Assembly (NCBI GenBank): GCA_946965045.2
Contig: OX337234.1
Span: forward strand, 310,001 to 374,000
DNA: 64,000 bases
Direction: 5' to 3'
DNA from: Epithemia pelagica
Taxonomy: Eukaryota; Protista; Bacillariophyta
Shown here: one piece after another, positions 36,842-49,018 of the stretch
Layout: each line of letters starts with the position of its first letter
Numbering within the stretch: the first letter of the stretch is position 1
Position numbers and translations under genes: made by a program
Notes under the pieces: generated by a model
The model's input: only the letters and a program-made list of their open reading frames with translations
Databases searched by the model: none
What the model was told of the DNA's origin: nothing

Positions 36842-38884
36842 TGGTTTTTTTGGGGAACAGGTCAAAAGGTCGTTTCTCTACGAGAAGCGCTTCCTTTTTT
36901 GTGGCATAAACACACGTTTTGGTGGGTGCACATTGTTCCCTCCAAGGAACAAGATGTGTTAGTGATGTGTTTCGACTGACTGTTTCATTTTCGTTCCTGT
37001 AATCTAATGTTTATGGGTGTTGGCGTGGATTGCGAGTGATTTGTGCTCGTTCTCCATCGAACACAATTCGACCGATCCACATCCATCAGTCAGAAAGGGA
37101 ACGAAAGGAAGCGGTTTCGATGGTTGAGAGGACGCACCTCGACGGATCACAAGAGGTGCTGATTCGGACTGGATCCCAAGCATGCGTTTCATGTGCTAAT
37201 GGATGGATTCCCTTTTTTCGTATAACGCTAGGATGCATTTCTGGCGCGTCGCTTCGAAGTATGATTCTGGGCTGACAATCGATCCTATACATAACGGACT
37301 TCCAATGTCTCTACATATCCACAGCTCGGCCACATCCGAAATCCACCACGGTGGCCACCTCAGCGCCGGCACATACATCTTCTATGTCTGCGTCTTTGGA
37401 CAATCAATCACCACCCCGGCAACCAGCTGCATCTCCACCATCAACTTTACCACTACTCTTGCCCCAAACCAAGAAGCGATTCTTCTTGCGAGCACCACGG
37501 AGACCTGAACCCAAGGCCCTGTCCCAATCCATATTTCCTCCTCCTCCTTTCTTGCCACTGAAATTGGTGCCATCGCCTTTCCAATTCCTTTGCTACAATG
37601 ACCCATCGTCCATACCATTTGTTCAACATCTAGAGAATATGCAATCACAGCTCTCGTCATCATTAGCAATGGTCCGGCAAGCATCCTAGTAGGAATCTAC
37701 CAACCAAGAAGATTCGTCTATGTCCCGTGCAAGGATATTTCTTGGAATGACCTGAGCGCTATACTCTGCAAGACTCTTGTCATTGCAAGGAATAAACTTG
37801 CATGCATCACGTTTCCAAGCACCGTCGAGTGTGTGCTCGCCGAATACTTGTGTGCAATATGGATGACGGAACCACAAAGGACCATTAGCACACGAAAATA
37901 CCTTCTCAAATACAAACGCCTGGTGTAGTATCATCACAGTGCTTGCTACCAGTCAGGGATCTGCCATCCAAATTTCGACCGTCTGTTTCAGAACAACACA
38001 CACTCTCGGTTTACTGCATGGGACGAGGTCTCCACCAATGCCTACCACGCATTGCCGAACGAGCTGCTGGGAACGTTGGCGACTCATGGTATTAAAGAGA
38101 CGCACAACCCAGCCAAGAGTAACAGGGAAACAGGTGGATCCAAGCGACGACTCACCCGGTCCACTTTTCCTGCTGATGGAAATCTTGTTGTCGTCCTTGT
38201 TTCGATGATCGATTTGGGGATGGAAACAAAAGCAGCAGAGTGTCAGGAATGGTTGATGCTTTTCCGCTTTTCTCATCCTCCTCTTGAGAAGAACGGTCAT
38301 TGTTTCCGTTGAAAATTGTAGTGGGTCGCTCGATTCTCGTCTACTGTAGTCTCCAGGGAGCGACGGCTCCAGACAACGGTCATCTTCATGGCCATGTGTG
38401 TTTGTGGTGTCATTGGTGGGAATGACTCCCCATCGAGAGCTATCGTATCTTTGCTGGCCTTTGCATTATTTATATTCTTGCAGTGATTCGAACGTGCGGG
38501 TCCCTGATCGCGCGGGATTTTGGCCTTTTGCCTCTGCTACCCGTGCTACCTTATGTGGTATGATTTTCGTAACGCCATGGCACATTATCAGGAAAAGTTT
38601 GTACCATCCATGAGAGCTGGTTACATGGCACACTTTGTACCCACCTTGGAATGTGGTTGTTTGTATTCAGAATTGGTTTTAACAAGCAAAAGCTATGTTG
38701 TGCCATCCAGGACAGACTACCTCAGAATTTGACAAGTATCTAATGCGACATGCAGCTCTTGTTTTGGAACCTGATTCCTCGTTGTCATAGCGACAGTCAT
38801 GATGCATGCATACCAAATGGTCAGTCATTATTGGAAGGCTTGCGTCGTTTCCTTTGCCTAGGCGAAGGATCCTGGTACGAGGTA

Positions 38885-41800
38885 TCACCTTCGTTGCCCA
38901 AATGACCAAAAAATTATGCAAATGCACCGACGCTCTCGTCTATTTGAGAGGGCGAGGGCGTGTTCCTGATGAATTTTGAAACAAGTGACTGCCTTTTTTG
39001 CAACCACCTTCACGTGACCAACCAACTGTTTGTATCTGGAATCTGTTCCGTTCAAGTCCATAGTAGCAACAACAACAAGACATTCGCTTAGGTCCAGTTC
39101 AAGAAGTCCCACATGAATTATTCCTACCAGTACTTGCCCTGCAACGCTTACCATACACATTTTCGCCAGTGATTTCACAAATTTGCATGGTCGGTAATCG
39201 GGTAGGAAAGAGACAACAGAAATCATCGAGCCACTTCTTGGCGCTTCTAGTGGTAGGTATATCAGTATTGTGCTTTGATGTGTCTGGTATTGATACACTT
39301 GCTGTAGCACGACAAGACGGGAGGACCCAATGACATCCTGGAAAGGCATCCACAATCACTCGACTGACACCCGTCCATGGGCAAACAGTCTCGTTCCGCG
39401 CCAAAGCACACAATAGCTCAGCGATACACCATTTCTTTTGAACATAGTGTGTCGATGTCACACATACCACAACTCGCGCTGTAAGAGCATTCGTCAACAT
39501 GGTAACAAGCGGATCAGACTGTTGTCCAGCATGCATTGTTTTTTCCGCCACAAAGATATTGAGTGTGTTGCCACCACCAGCCGTGTCTTGTAACTGCTGC
39601 TCCAACCTGGTCACATAGTCAAACTCTAGCTCCTTTCGAACTTCCCCCGCAAAGGAAATGAAAACGTGGTATTTTGGTTTTTGGTTTTCAGAAGGCAGCT
39701 TTTTATGCATCATCTTTGCCAAATCGATTCCAAATGTCATTATTTCTTGAAGTTTCTTCAATCTATGCGGATTCAACTGTTTCAGCTCCTCTTTCCTGGA
39801 TGTCATCTGAAGTCGGATCTGGTTGATCCTTCCAAGTGATGCTGATACTTCCAAAAGTCGTTCGCCAAGTTCCACGAAACGCAAAAACATTATCGTTTCC
39901 AACTTGGCGATCAGCGTCACACCATATTGAATGGCCATGTCCAGGGATGTATCCAAACACTGCATATTCTCACCAACTTGAGCATCAACTCTTCCTTCTA
40001 CTTTGACCGCGGCCGTATACGTCGAATCATTCTTAGTCTTAACGATAAGCCTTCCTTCCTGGATGCTTTCCCTGTTCGTGACCGTAGAAGAACCGGCTGT
40101 CAACAACAATGGGAGTTTCCTAAGACCTTGAATCGACGTAGGAGGTTTGTATTCCATCGATTTCCACGTTGGATCAGCATTTGTTAGAGTTTTAACAGCA
40201 TGTGCTCCAAGCTGTAGTTGATCATTGTACCGCATATCCATAGTATGCCAATCAACATTATTCTCCAATGCTTCTAATACCTGTTTCATATCATGGTCAG
40301 TCATGTTGGTATTTCCAACATCAAACTTACGCCAGCGTGAGTTTTCGCGCAGTGCCATGGCCAATCGAATGGCACCTTCATCATGAAGACTGCAATGAGA
40401 AAATCGCAAGTGTTGCCATGACGATGATTCCCCATCATTCAGGGCCTCTGACAAGGTCTTGAGACCACGGTCGGTGATGTGAGTAAAACCAACATCCACT
40501 GTATGCCATTCGCGATCTTCAAGGACAAATGCCAATTTGCTCACTCCTGCATTAGATGTGTCCGTGTTTGCTATGGAAAAGTAAGACCATCTGTCGTTCC
40601 CATCTAGCGCCCGTCCTAATTTCCGTGCTCCGTGTGTACCAATCTTGCTGCGAGACACATTCATACAACGCCAATCACGATTGCTCTTCATACCCTCAAC
40701 CAGCGCCTTGATCCCAGTGTCATCAAGAGCCGTATGTGCCAGATCAAAGATTTGCCATTGATGACTGTTTTGTAACAGGTCCGCAATGACATTGGCTCCG
40801 TCATTCCCAATGTCCAGATGACTCAACGACAAACGAACCCAATGGACATTGCCTTGTCGTCTAGATATAAGAACGGCTAATGGCTTGGAAGCACTGGTGC
40901 TATCAGTGTTCTTAGCTGTTGCACCATCGCCTTGGATTGACTGGATCATTCGAAGGGCTGCTAGAAAAGTCAACCGTGGTGTGTGGTGCAATGAAATGGT
41001 TCGAGGAATGGTAAACGGTCGACCGACGCGGAGTGCACCGTCCGAAGGCAGCATGCACAAATCCATCGATTGCCAGCATTGTCCCAAATACTCTGCCATT
41101 TCAAGGGCATCGGTTGCTTTTTCATGATTTGTGAGGAATAAATTGGAAATGGCATCTGCCGTAACTCCAATTTCGTCCGGATGCTTCTCAAGCAGAAAGG
41201 GTAGGTGGTGAATGGGGTTGACGTAGCCACGCTTGTGCGGAAACCAAAGCTTGTTCGGAAACCAAAGCACCAACGAGTTCCAATGCTTCTCCAACCGTTG
41301 GAGAATGGCTGGACCAATAACCTTGAGCCACGGCCCAATTTCGTCCAATCGTACATGTAAAACAAACCGTTCCCAGCTTGGTGACGTTTTTAGTAGATTG
41401 GCTAGCATTTCCACACCTTGGTCTGGAGTGCCATAAGGGAGACTCAAAGCAATATATTTCCAAGAGGTTTGTCGACGGAGACCCGTGGTCAGTATGTGGA
41501 CATGTTTGGTCTTGTCTAAATCCAGATCAAACACTCGCCAGACACTGTTGCCATGCAGTGATTTGGCAACGGATACCAGTCCTCCATCAAAATCAGATGG
41601 ACATCCATAGCGGAACGTTTCCCAGCATTGATTGCGACGCAAGGCATGTGACAATGCTTCCAATTCACAGTCGTCGATCAGAGCTGGCTCATCAAATAGT
41701 GAGCCCTCAAGTTGGAATGATTTCCATGTTTTGTTGACACTCAAGGCTTCACCCAAGGCTTTGACTCCATTCATAGAAGAAAACCGTACGTACCAGAGCC

Positions 41801-42539
41801 TGAAGTTGGTCCATTGGGTATTTTGCTGCAGTGCTTCTGCCAGTGCTTCGACTCCTTCATCTTCAAGGTTCCTTTCAACAAGCTCCAACTTTTGCCAACC
41901 ATGATTATGGCTCAAAGCGCCAACCAGTGCTTTCCATCCACGCGATCCAAAATTGCATTGCTGAAAAAACAACGTCGCCCAGGACGGATTTGTATTGAGG
42001 GCATTCGCCAACCCAACTGCCATTTCGTCGTCCAGGGCTTTTACGTCCGACAATGTTATGCTGGGATCTGGTGAGGAGGTTTTGACAAATGCACGGGCGA
42101 GTGCTTCAATGCCCACGTCACCAATATTCGTATCGTCGAGCCACAGATAGAACCAATCCACAGTAGCACGTCTTTTGTCCCCAACGTCTCTATCGATATC
42201 CAAATCTAGAATGACTTGCGCTCCTCGATCGGTCACTTGTGTATTGGTCAAGGTTGGCAACGATCGTTCCCCAAAGTGCTTCACCAGTACTCGTTTCATG
42301 ATGAAGCTGATCCGGGTGCCTTTCAATTGATCTGGATCACAGTCGTCCAACAACAAATCGTCGTTCGTGTCATGGTAGTTTTCCGCAATCGAGAGCAAAG
42401 CACTCGCCGTTTCTTCTTCCTCGTTGTTTCCCTGAATCGTGGTTTCCTGGAGAGACATGTGGCGGTCCATTGGCTCGTTGAGGTCGAAAGTCGTCGTTGT
42501 CGTCGTTTTAATGGGGGTATGATGTATGATCCACTTCAT
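38885..42539 (-). CDS. Cytosolic LRR (RNI/NLRC3-like) - helical linker - C-terminal TIR-domain protein; probable join(complement(38885..39042,39152..42539))
   Basis: Two blocks of ~28-residue LRRs (e.g. ALAEALQQNTQWTNFRL, LDDTGIKALVEGMKSNRDWRCM). TIR from ~39670: YHVFISFAGE..IFVAEKTMHAG..VVVCVTSTHYVQKKWCIAELLCAL. GTAAGC donor at 39151 and AACAG acceptor at 39043 would splice in phase 1 onto ORF 38885..39355 (109 bp intron, inferred). Confidence 0.85.
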
Positions 42540-43492
42540 TCATCCACCGCGAGGAGAGCAAAAAAGATCTTTTGTTTGTGCCGCCATTCCACCTCAACGG
42601 GGATCATGTGAGTGGATACAATCTTCTCTATACTGATGTGTATGCGAAGCGCGAGGAAGCCTTTGAGGTCGCAAGTCGCAACCTCTTGCAAGTGGGATCG
42701 GATTCTCAGAAATCCAGTGTCACTTTTGTGTCGTCATCTACAGCATACAATAGAGTTATTTTAACATGCGACACAATACGAGACAGAAAAGAAGAACAGC
42801 AGAACAAAAGAGAACCACCGTGACTGCTCGACGGAACAAACCGTCCTCTCTCATCGTCATGTCTGTGGTCGACGACAATGGACGAAATGGACCGACTGTC
42901 GGTGGGTTCGCGTCCATCTCTCTCAAGTGTTCCACTGTTGGATGCTTTTCAACCACATCAGATGAATTGGGCAACTCTACAGCAATCGTTCCGCCGTCCT
43001 TACCTACATGCTCGTTCGTCTTTACTTGTCGTTGCTTTTAGTAAAAGACTCCGAACGAGGTTCACAGTTTGCATGCACCGTACCAAGCCATGTCAGCAGC
43101 AAATGACCTTGGCGCTTTCTATTGCTGGTGTTCTTCGCGAGAGGCACCACGACACACTCATCTACGACTAGGACGACGCATCCCGAAAATTACACAGTAA
43201 TGGCAGCATGGAACAACAAGAGCAGTGCCAACAAACCTGAAGTTTATTCCGGTATCCAATAACACTTCCACGGTACTCCGAACAAGAATGCGTGATCTTC
43301 TTCATTGCGTGGCTACGGTCACGATTTGTCTCGTGACGAAAGCTCCTAAGGTACCCCTCTTTGGTCCATTTCGTCAAGTCAGTCGTGCTTCCAGTCCGCA
43401 CCCATCAGCATTAGAACAGCAGAGCAAACCTACTTGTCTCTTACAAGACAGTGTCGATCCTCATAAATTTTGCAGTCGAAACGTTTGAACCC

Positions 43493-44639
43493 ATGAGCAT
43501 GACACTGAAAGAACAAGCATGGCAGTCGGGCCTTGTCCTTTTCAACGAGACAGCACAATGGAATGAAAACGACTGGCCTCCTCTTGTGGGAGGAGCGCGC
43601 AATCATCATGCTACGGTCGTACTCGATCATCCTGATAAGGAGAACGACAACAACAACAACAACAACAAGAAACAAACGGTCGTCGTGTTGGGAGGATGGC
43701 AACAAGGTCAAGGCTTTGTCAAATCCGTTATTGTATTAAATTTAGAAGAATCAAACAAGCAGTGGCGAGAAGGGCCACCCATGAACAAGATACGTCGTGG
43801 ACATGCCGCTGTTGTTTGCAATGGAAGTGTCTACGTGATGGGAGGATACAAGATAGAAGGAGGATATTTGGATTGTATCGAACAAATTGATGTCAGTGAA
43901 TTGCTGCAATCATCTTTAACAAACAGCAACACACATGCGAGTAATTGGACGACATTAACTTGTCGATTATCAACGCAGCGATGGGGATGTTGTGCTGTTG
44001 CGGTTCTCAATCGATACATCGTTGTAATGGGTGGACGCAGGAGTGTGCAATACTTGTCGTCGATTGAGATTATTGATACCCGCCACCACGCTGTTATAGC
44101 AGGACCAAGCATGACTGTTCCTCGACAATTCTGTGCCAGTGCGGTCATTGGTCACCGCATTTTTGTCGTTGGAGGAGGCGACAACGAGCATGACAATTTT
44201 GACTCGGTGGAGTATTTGGACTTTGCAATGGACGACAATCTGACTACAGCCATTTCCTTCTCGTCCGCTTGGACCATTCACCCTGATTTGGTACGTTCCG
44301 ACCATCGTTCCTCTTGTACAGTGGTTACCGTGGGATCTTGTCTGGTGGTGCCGGGAGGACGAGGCAATTTTAGTGTGGAAGTCTTGGATACGCACCACAA
44401 CCGTGTGTGGAATCTCCCACCATTCGTGGATTACCGCAGTGGCTGCAGTATGGTGACTGTTGCCAATCATGTTGCCGTGATTGGTGGATGGGACAATCCT
44501 ACCTGTGCGACATTGCCACTAATCGACAAGAATACGTGGTGTTTTTCGTCGACTCTGTGAGCAGCAGCCCAACGGATGGTACCATTTTCGGGAAGCAATG
44601 GTAGTTCGCCCCTCCACCTTGACCTCAAAATCTGAATGA
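43493..44639 (+). CDS. Divergent kelch-repeat protein, array copy 8 (opposite strand; apparent +1 frameshift near C-terminus)
   Basis: MSMTLKEQAWQSGLVLF aligns to the family start MKVQEQALLSGLVF, and six GG-bearing blades follow. The ORF stops at 44560. Removing one T from the T5 run at 44542-44546 restores WCFRRLCEQ (family WLFARLLE) with a stop at 44639. Confidence 0.85.
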
Positions 44640-44874
44640 ACGACGACCACAATACGTACTGTAATGATAACGGCAAGGATGAAACATAAAATGGGCAACA
44701 TGTTTGCATGTATGTCCTACAAAAGGGGATCTATTATATAGGGATATCAATTGGTTCTTTGACCATTGTCTTGCTGTTTACAATAAAAGTATTCATTTCC
44801 TGGTGACCAGGACCCCGTCACCACAAAACCTTTTGACACAGGGTCCGAAAGAAAAGCATGAGTGTAGTGTGCTG

Positions 44875-46018
44875 TTAGGTTGGAACTTTGCCGATCTCCA
44901 ACAAACGTGCACAGAGCCAACTCTTCTTGTCCACAAGTGATAGTGTTTTACACGAAAACTCTTCTCCACTACTGCGAGTAATCACAGCAAGAGTATTCGA
45001 CAAGGACAACAGGCCACAACCACCCCACTTCTCTGTCAAGTCCGGAAGCTCCCAAACCATGTTTCTCACAGTATCCAAAACCTCCAAAGCATATACGGTA
45101 TTACCGCTGTCATTACATCCTCCTGCAACAACAAGACAGGAACCCAATTGGACCGCAGAAAATACCACTTGGACTGGAGAAACTGCAATTCTCGGCTTGT
45201 TCAAAATGAGTTCTTGTGGATGGTCCAAGACTTTGTGAACAATGCGACACTGGATATGGCAGTAGGCGCATCCAATCAGTCATCAAACTCAAGGTATTCG
45301 ACCGAATCCAGGCATCTGGCGAACAGCCGCCACCCACCAACAGCATAGATGCGTGGACCTACCACAGCCATTGCAAAAAAGCTTCGACCTACGTTCAACG
45401 ATGGCCCAGATACGACCGAATACGGGTTCCCGGATGCCGTGTCCAGGATATCAACGGATGATAAAGGACTGTCGCCAGAAATGCGTCCACCCGCCACCAC
45501 AATAAACTGTCAGAAACAGCTACAGCGGTGCAGCCCTTGCGTTTACTCGTCAAACGACACTTCAGCATCTTCCATCCCTTGGTGCGGTTGCTGGAAAAAG
45601 AACATGATGATGAATTATGAAGTAAATCGCCGACATTGATACGTTCAATCGTATCCAAGACATTTTGGCCATTGAATCCGCCAATGGCGTAAACAGCGCC
45701 ATTGCATACCACGGTAGCAAGGTTTCTTCGTTTTTCTTGTAAAGGCGGTCCATTTTGCCACTTTTTCTCGCCAACGTTCATGAGACTGACCAAATTTGTT
45801 GGACCATCAGAAGTAGGTGCCGCCCATCCTCCCAACACAATCACCATCTTGTCGTGGTTAATGGCTGGATGATGAACGACAACCGACGCATGGCCCCACA
45901 AATGCCGTTCCATGAGTGGAGTCCAATTTGCACTAGATGGCCTCCACTGCGGTTCTATTTCGTCCTTTCTGTCGGCAAAGACCAATCCTGACAACAATGC
46001 TTGTTCCTGGACCTTCAT
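44875..46018 (-). pseudogene. Kelch-repeat array copy 9, two 1-bp deletions
   Basis: Missing base at ~45506 (AATAAACTGT vs AATAAATCTGT) and at ~45212 (GAGTTCTTG vs GAGTTTCTTG). This splits the gene into ORFs 45395..46018, 45276..45500 and 44875..45228. Assembly error cannot be excluded. Confidence 0.8.
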
Positions 46019-46359
46019 CCTTTTGGGTATTGGACTATTTTTGTGGACCAGGTCAAAAAGTTCGTTATTCTACGAGAGAGGCTTTCTTTTTTGTGGCATA
46101 AAGACGAGTTTTGGTGGGTGCTTGTTGTTCCCTCCAAGGAACAAGATGTGTTTTGGATGCGTTTCGACGGACTGTTTCGTTTTCGTTCCTGGAATCTGAA
46201 GGTTATGGGTGTTGGCGTTGATTACGACTAATTCGTGCCCGTTCTTCATCGAACACAATTCGACCGATCCAAATAAATCATACACGTCGCCGTGTCGAAG
46301 GGAGCGATTTCGATGGTTGAGAAGACACACCTCCACGGATCAGACAAGAGGTGCTGATT

Positions 46360-47189
46360 CGCACTGGAGCGTGAATAACCCACACTTGTTCCGCATCAAT
46401 CATCTCTCCGCATTTCATTGCGCGGTCATAGTGCTCTTCCAGTTCCTTGTCACTTGATGTTGCCTCCAATTCAAGCACGAAACGTCTTTCTGCAACTCCA
46501 TCGACGTCAAGACTCTCTTCTTCCAACACGAAATCAAGGGCGTTTCCGATTACCATCCATTCGAACTTCGGGGAAGAAGCGCCACTCTGCAGGAATCCAT
46601 GCGCAAACAGCAAACGCTTCGACAGAGTCCTTCGACAAGATTCTTGCAACTCCTTTCCGCCACTGAGGTCAGACTCGATACTTCTTGTTGTGGGAAAATT
46701 ATCGATCCAGCGACAAAGTCCGCCACGCACCCTCTGTAGCCATACCCGAAGCGTCAGAACTGGCCGATGCTGAGAATCAGATCTTTCAGACAATAGATCC
46801 ATTCGAATTTCTTCGTCGATTGCCTTGCCACACATATTGACAAGCCCTGCGTGGCCACCAGTCCGATGGAAAATATCTGGGACGACAGTCGCCTCGACAT
46901 CCAACTCGCGACAACGTTTGTAATCGTCAAACATATCTTGAACTTGTTCGAGTGTCAAGAGTGGGGCAGGAAACGGATTTCCAACATTGCAAGGAGACAT
47001 TGCAGCGGGGGTGCTTAGACGAACCATGGAAAACACGCCGACGGCAACCACATTGTGAATCCGATTCCTTGAGCCCGCGAAAGAGCTGATTGTACTTCTT
47101 TTTCCTCGTCTTCCGCTCTTTGGTCGCATGGATTCACCTGAGTTTTCGTATGTACCTTTAGGTACGACTTGTATGCGACCTGTGTCCAC
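46360..47189 (-). pseudogene. Remnant of a Crinkler-associated P-loop NTPase + PD-(D/E)xK nuclease gene
   Basis: VVAVGVFSMVRL...SPCNVGNPFPAPLLTLEQVQDMF...DIFHRTGGHAGLVNMCGKAI (post-NTPase GxP-like module) and FVLELEATSSDKELEEHYDRAMKCGEMIDAEQVWVIH (nuclease strand). No Walker A is present. The frame then runs into kelch upstream spacer (APVRISTS..). Confidence 0.65.
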
Positions 47190-47884
47190 AAAGCGCTTGG
47201 GAGTAGCTACCCAGACAGCTAGGATGGCTACCCCACCTTTGATCCGAACAATCTAGCTGGTTTGGGTAGGAGTAGCTATGAGTGGATGGCCCATCGCTAG
47301 TTCTCCTAAATGGAAAGAGAGCACAATTTCTCGGCCTAGAAAGAACAAGAAATGGTGACCAATGAAAGTCTATCGGTCATTGGAGAATCCTATGCACCGA
47401 CAGTGTTTCCAGTTCACAGAGCCTACCAACATGATCGGAAGCAATCTAGCCGAAAAACGAGACTGTCCTCAAATTCCAATCGGCATCGTGAAGTAGGAGT
47501 ACAAAATCTAGTTCACAAAAAGACTTTTTTCGTATACCGCGGTGAGGGATGGATGCATATGCACTGTCAAAACTTGAGCATTTGTTCAGAGCTGAAACAA
47601 CAGCCTGGAATCGAAGCTCTTTATGAGCGAGAAAAGGATGCCAAGAAGAAACTTTGACACGACAGCACCGATCAATCGAGATATTTGTGGACCAAAAAAG
47701 CTTTCCATCCTCCACTGCTTTTTCATCCTTCTTCCCGTTTAACGTTGCAACAAATCATGTCAATTAAAAGTTTTCAATTCCTAGCTACCTACCAGGGCCC
47801 GTAAGATCAAAACCTCTTTCACCAAGGGTCCAAACAAAAGCATGTGAATAAGCATGTTGTACTGCTTCCAAAAAATTGTCCGGG

Positions 47885-49018
47885 TTAAGATGGAACTTTG
47901 CCGATCTCCAACAAACGTGCAAAGAGCCAACTCTTCTTATCCACAAGTGACAGTGTTTCACACGAAAACTCTTCTCCACTACTGCGACTAATCACAGCAA
48001 GAGTATTCGGCAAGGACACCAGGTCACAAACACTCCTCCTCTTTGTCAAGCCCGGAAGCTCCCATACCATGTTTCTCACAGTATCCAAAACCTCCACAGA
48101 ATGAACGTCTTCATACCTGTCGCCGAATCCTCCTGCAACAACCAGACAGGAACCCACTTGGACTGCAGAAAATACAGCTCTCGGCTTGTTCAAAATGAGT
48201 TTCTTGTGGATGGTCCAGGACTTTGTGGACAATGCGACACTGGATGTGGCAGGATCCAACCGGTCATCAAACTCCAGGTATTCGACCGATTCTAGGCAAC
48301 AAAAGGGGTATATACTCCCACACCCACCAATAGCAAAGATGCGTGAACCTACCACAGCCATAACAAAGTCGCTTCGACCTTCTTTCAACGACGGCCCAGA
48401 TACGACCGAATACGAGTTCCCGGATGCCGTGTCCAAGATATCAACGGATGATAAGCAATTGTCGCTACGAAAAACGCATCCGCCCGCCACCACAATAAAT
48501 CTGTCAGAAACAGCGACAGCGGCGAAGTCTAATCGTTTACTCGTCAATCGGCAATTCAACATCTTCCATCCCTTTGTGTTGTTGCCAAAAGAAGAAGACG
48601 ATGAATGAAGCAAGTCGTCGACAGGGATACGTTCAATTGTATCCAAGACAGTTTGGCCGTTCCATCCTCCAATGGCGTAAACAGCGCCGTTGCAAACCAC
48701 GGCAGCAAGACTTGCTCGTTTTTCTTGTAAAGGCGGTCCAGTTTGCCATCTTTTCTCGCCAACGTTCAAGAGACTAACCAAATTTGTTGGACCACCAGAA
48801 GTAGGTTCCGGCCATCCTCCCAACAACACCAACGACTTGTCGTGGTTTGTGGCTGGATGATTAACGACAACCAACCCTTTGCCCCACACATGCTGTCCTA
48901 ATCGTGGAGGCCAAATACTACTAGATGGCCTCCAATGTGGTTCGGTTTTGTCCTTGCTATCGACAAAGGCCAATTCTGACAACGAAGCTTGTTCCTGGAT
49001 CTTCATCCTTGTGGGCAT
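47885..49018 (-). CDS. Kelch-repeat protein, array copy 10
   Basis: Intact ORF; ATG at 49018 (MPTRMKIQEQ). Confidence 0.9.
   Translation of the reverse strand: MPTRMKIQEQASLSELAFVDSKDKTEPHWRPSSSIWPPRLGQHVWGKGLVVVNHPATNHDKSLVLLGGWPEPTSGGPTNLVSLLNVGEKRWQTGPPLQEKRASLAAVVCNGAVYAIGGWNGQTVLDTIERIPVDDLLHSSSSSFGNNTKGWKMLNCRLTSKRLDFAAVAVSDRFIVVAGGCVFRSDNCLSSVDILDTASGNSYSVVSGPSLKEGRSDFVMAVVGSRIFAIGGCGSIYPFCCLESVEYLEFDDRLDPATSSVALSTKSWTIHKKLILNKPRAVFSAVQVGSCLVVAGGFGDRYEDVHSVEVLDTVRNMVWELPGLTKRRSVCDLVSLPNTLAVISRSSGEEFSCETLSLVDKKSWLFARLLEIGKVPS

Noticed and set aside
38885-42539. Calling the LRR-TIR an NLR or a Toll-like receptor
   Set aside because: No Walker A/B NB-ARC or NACHT motifs and no signal peptide or TM helix are visible.
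42572-43488. Short ORFs between LRR-TIR and kelch copy 8
   Set aside because: Under 100 aa, overlapping on both strands and without motifs. Treated as a divergent promoter region.
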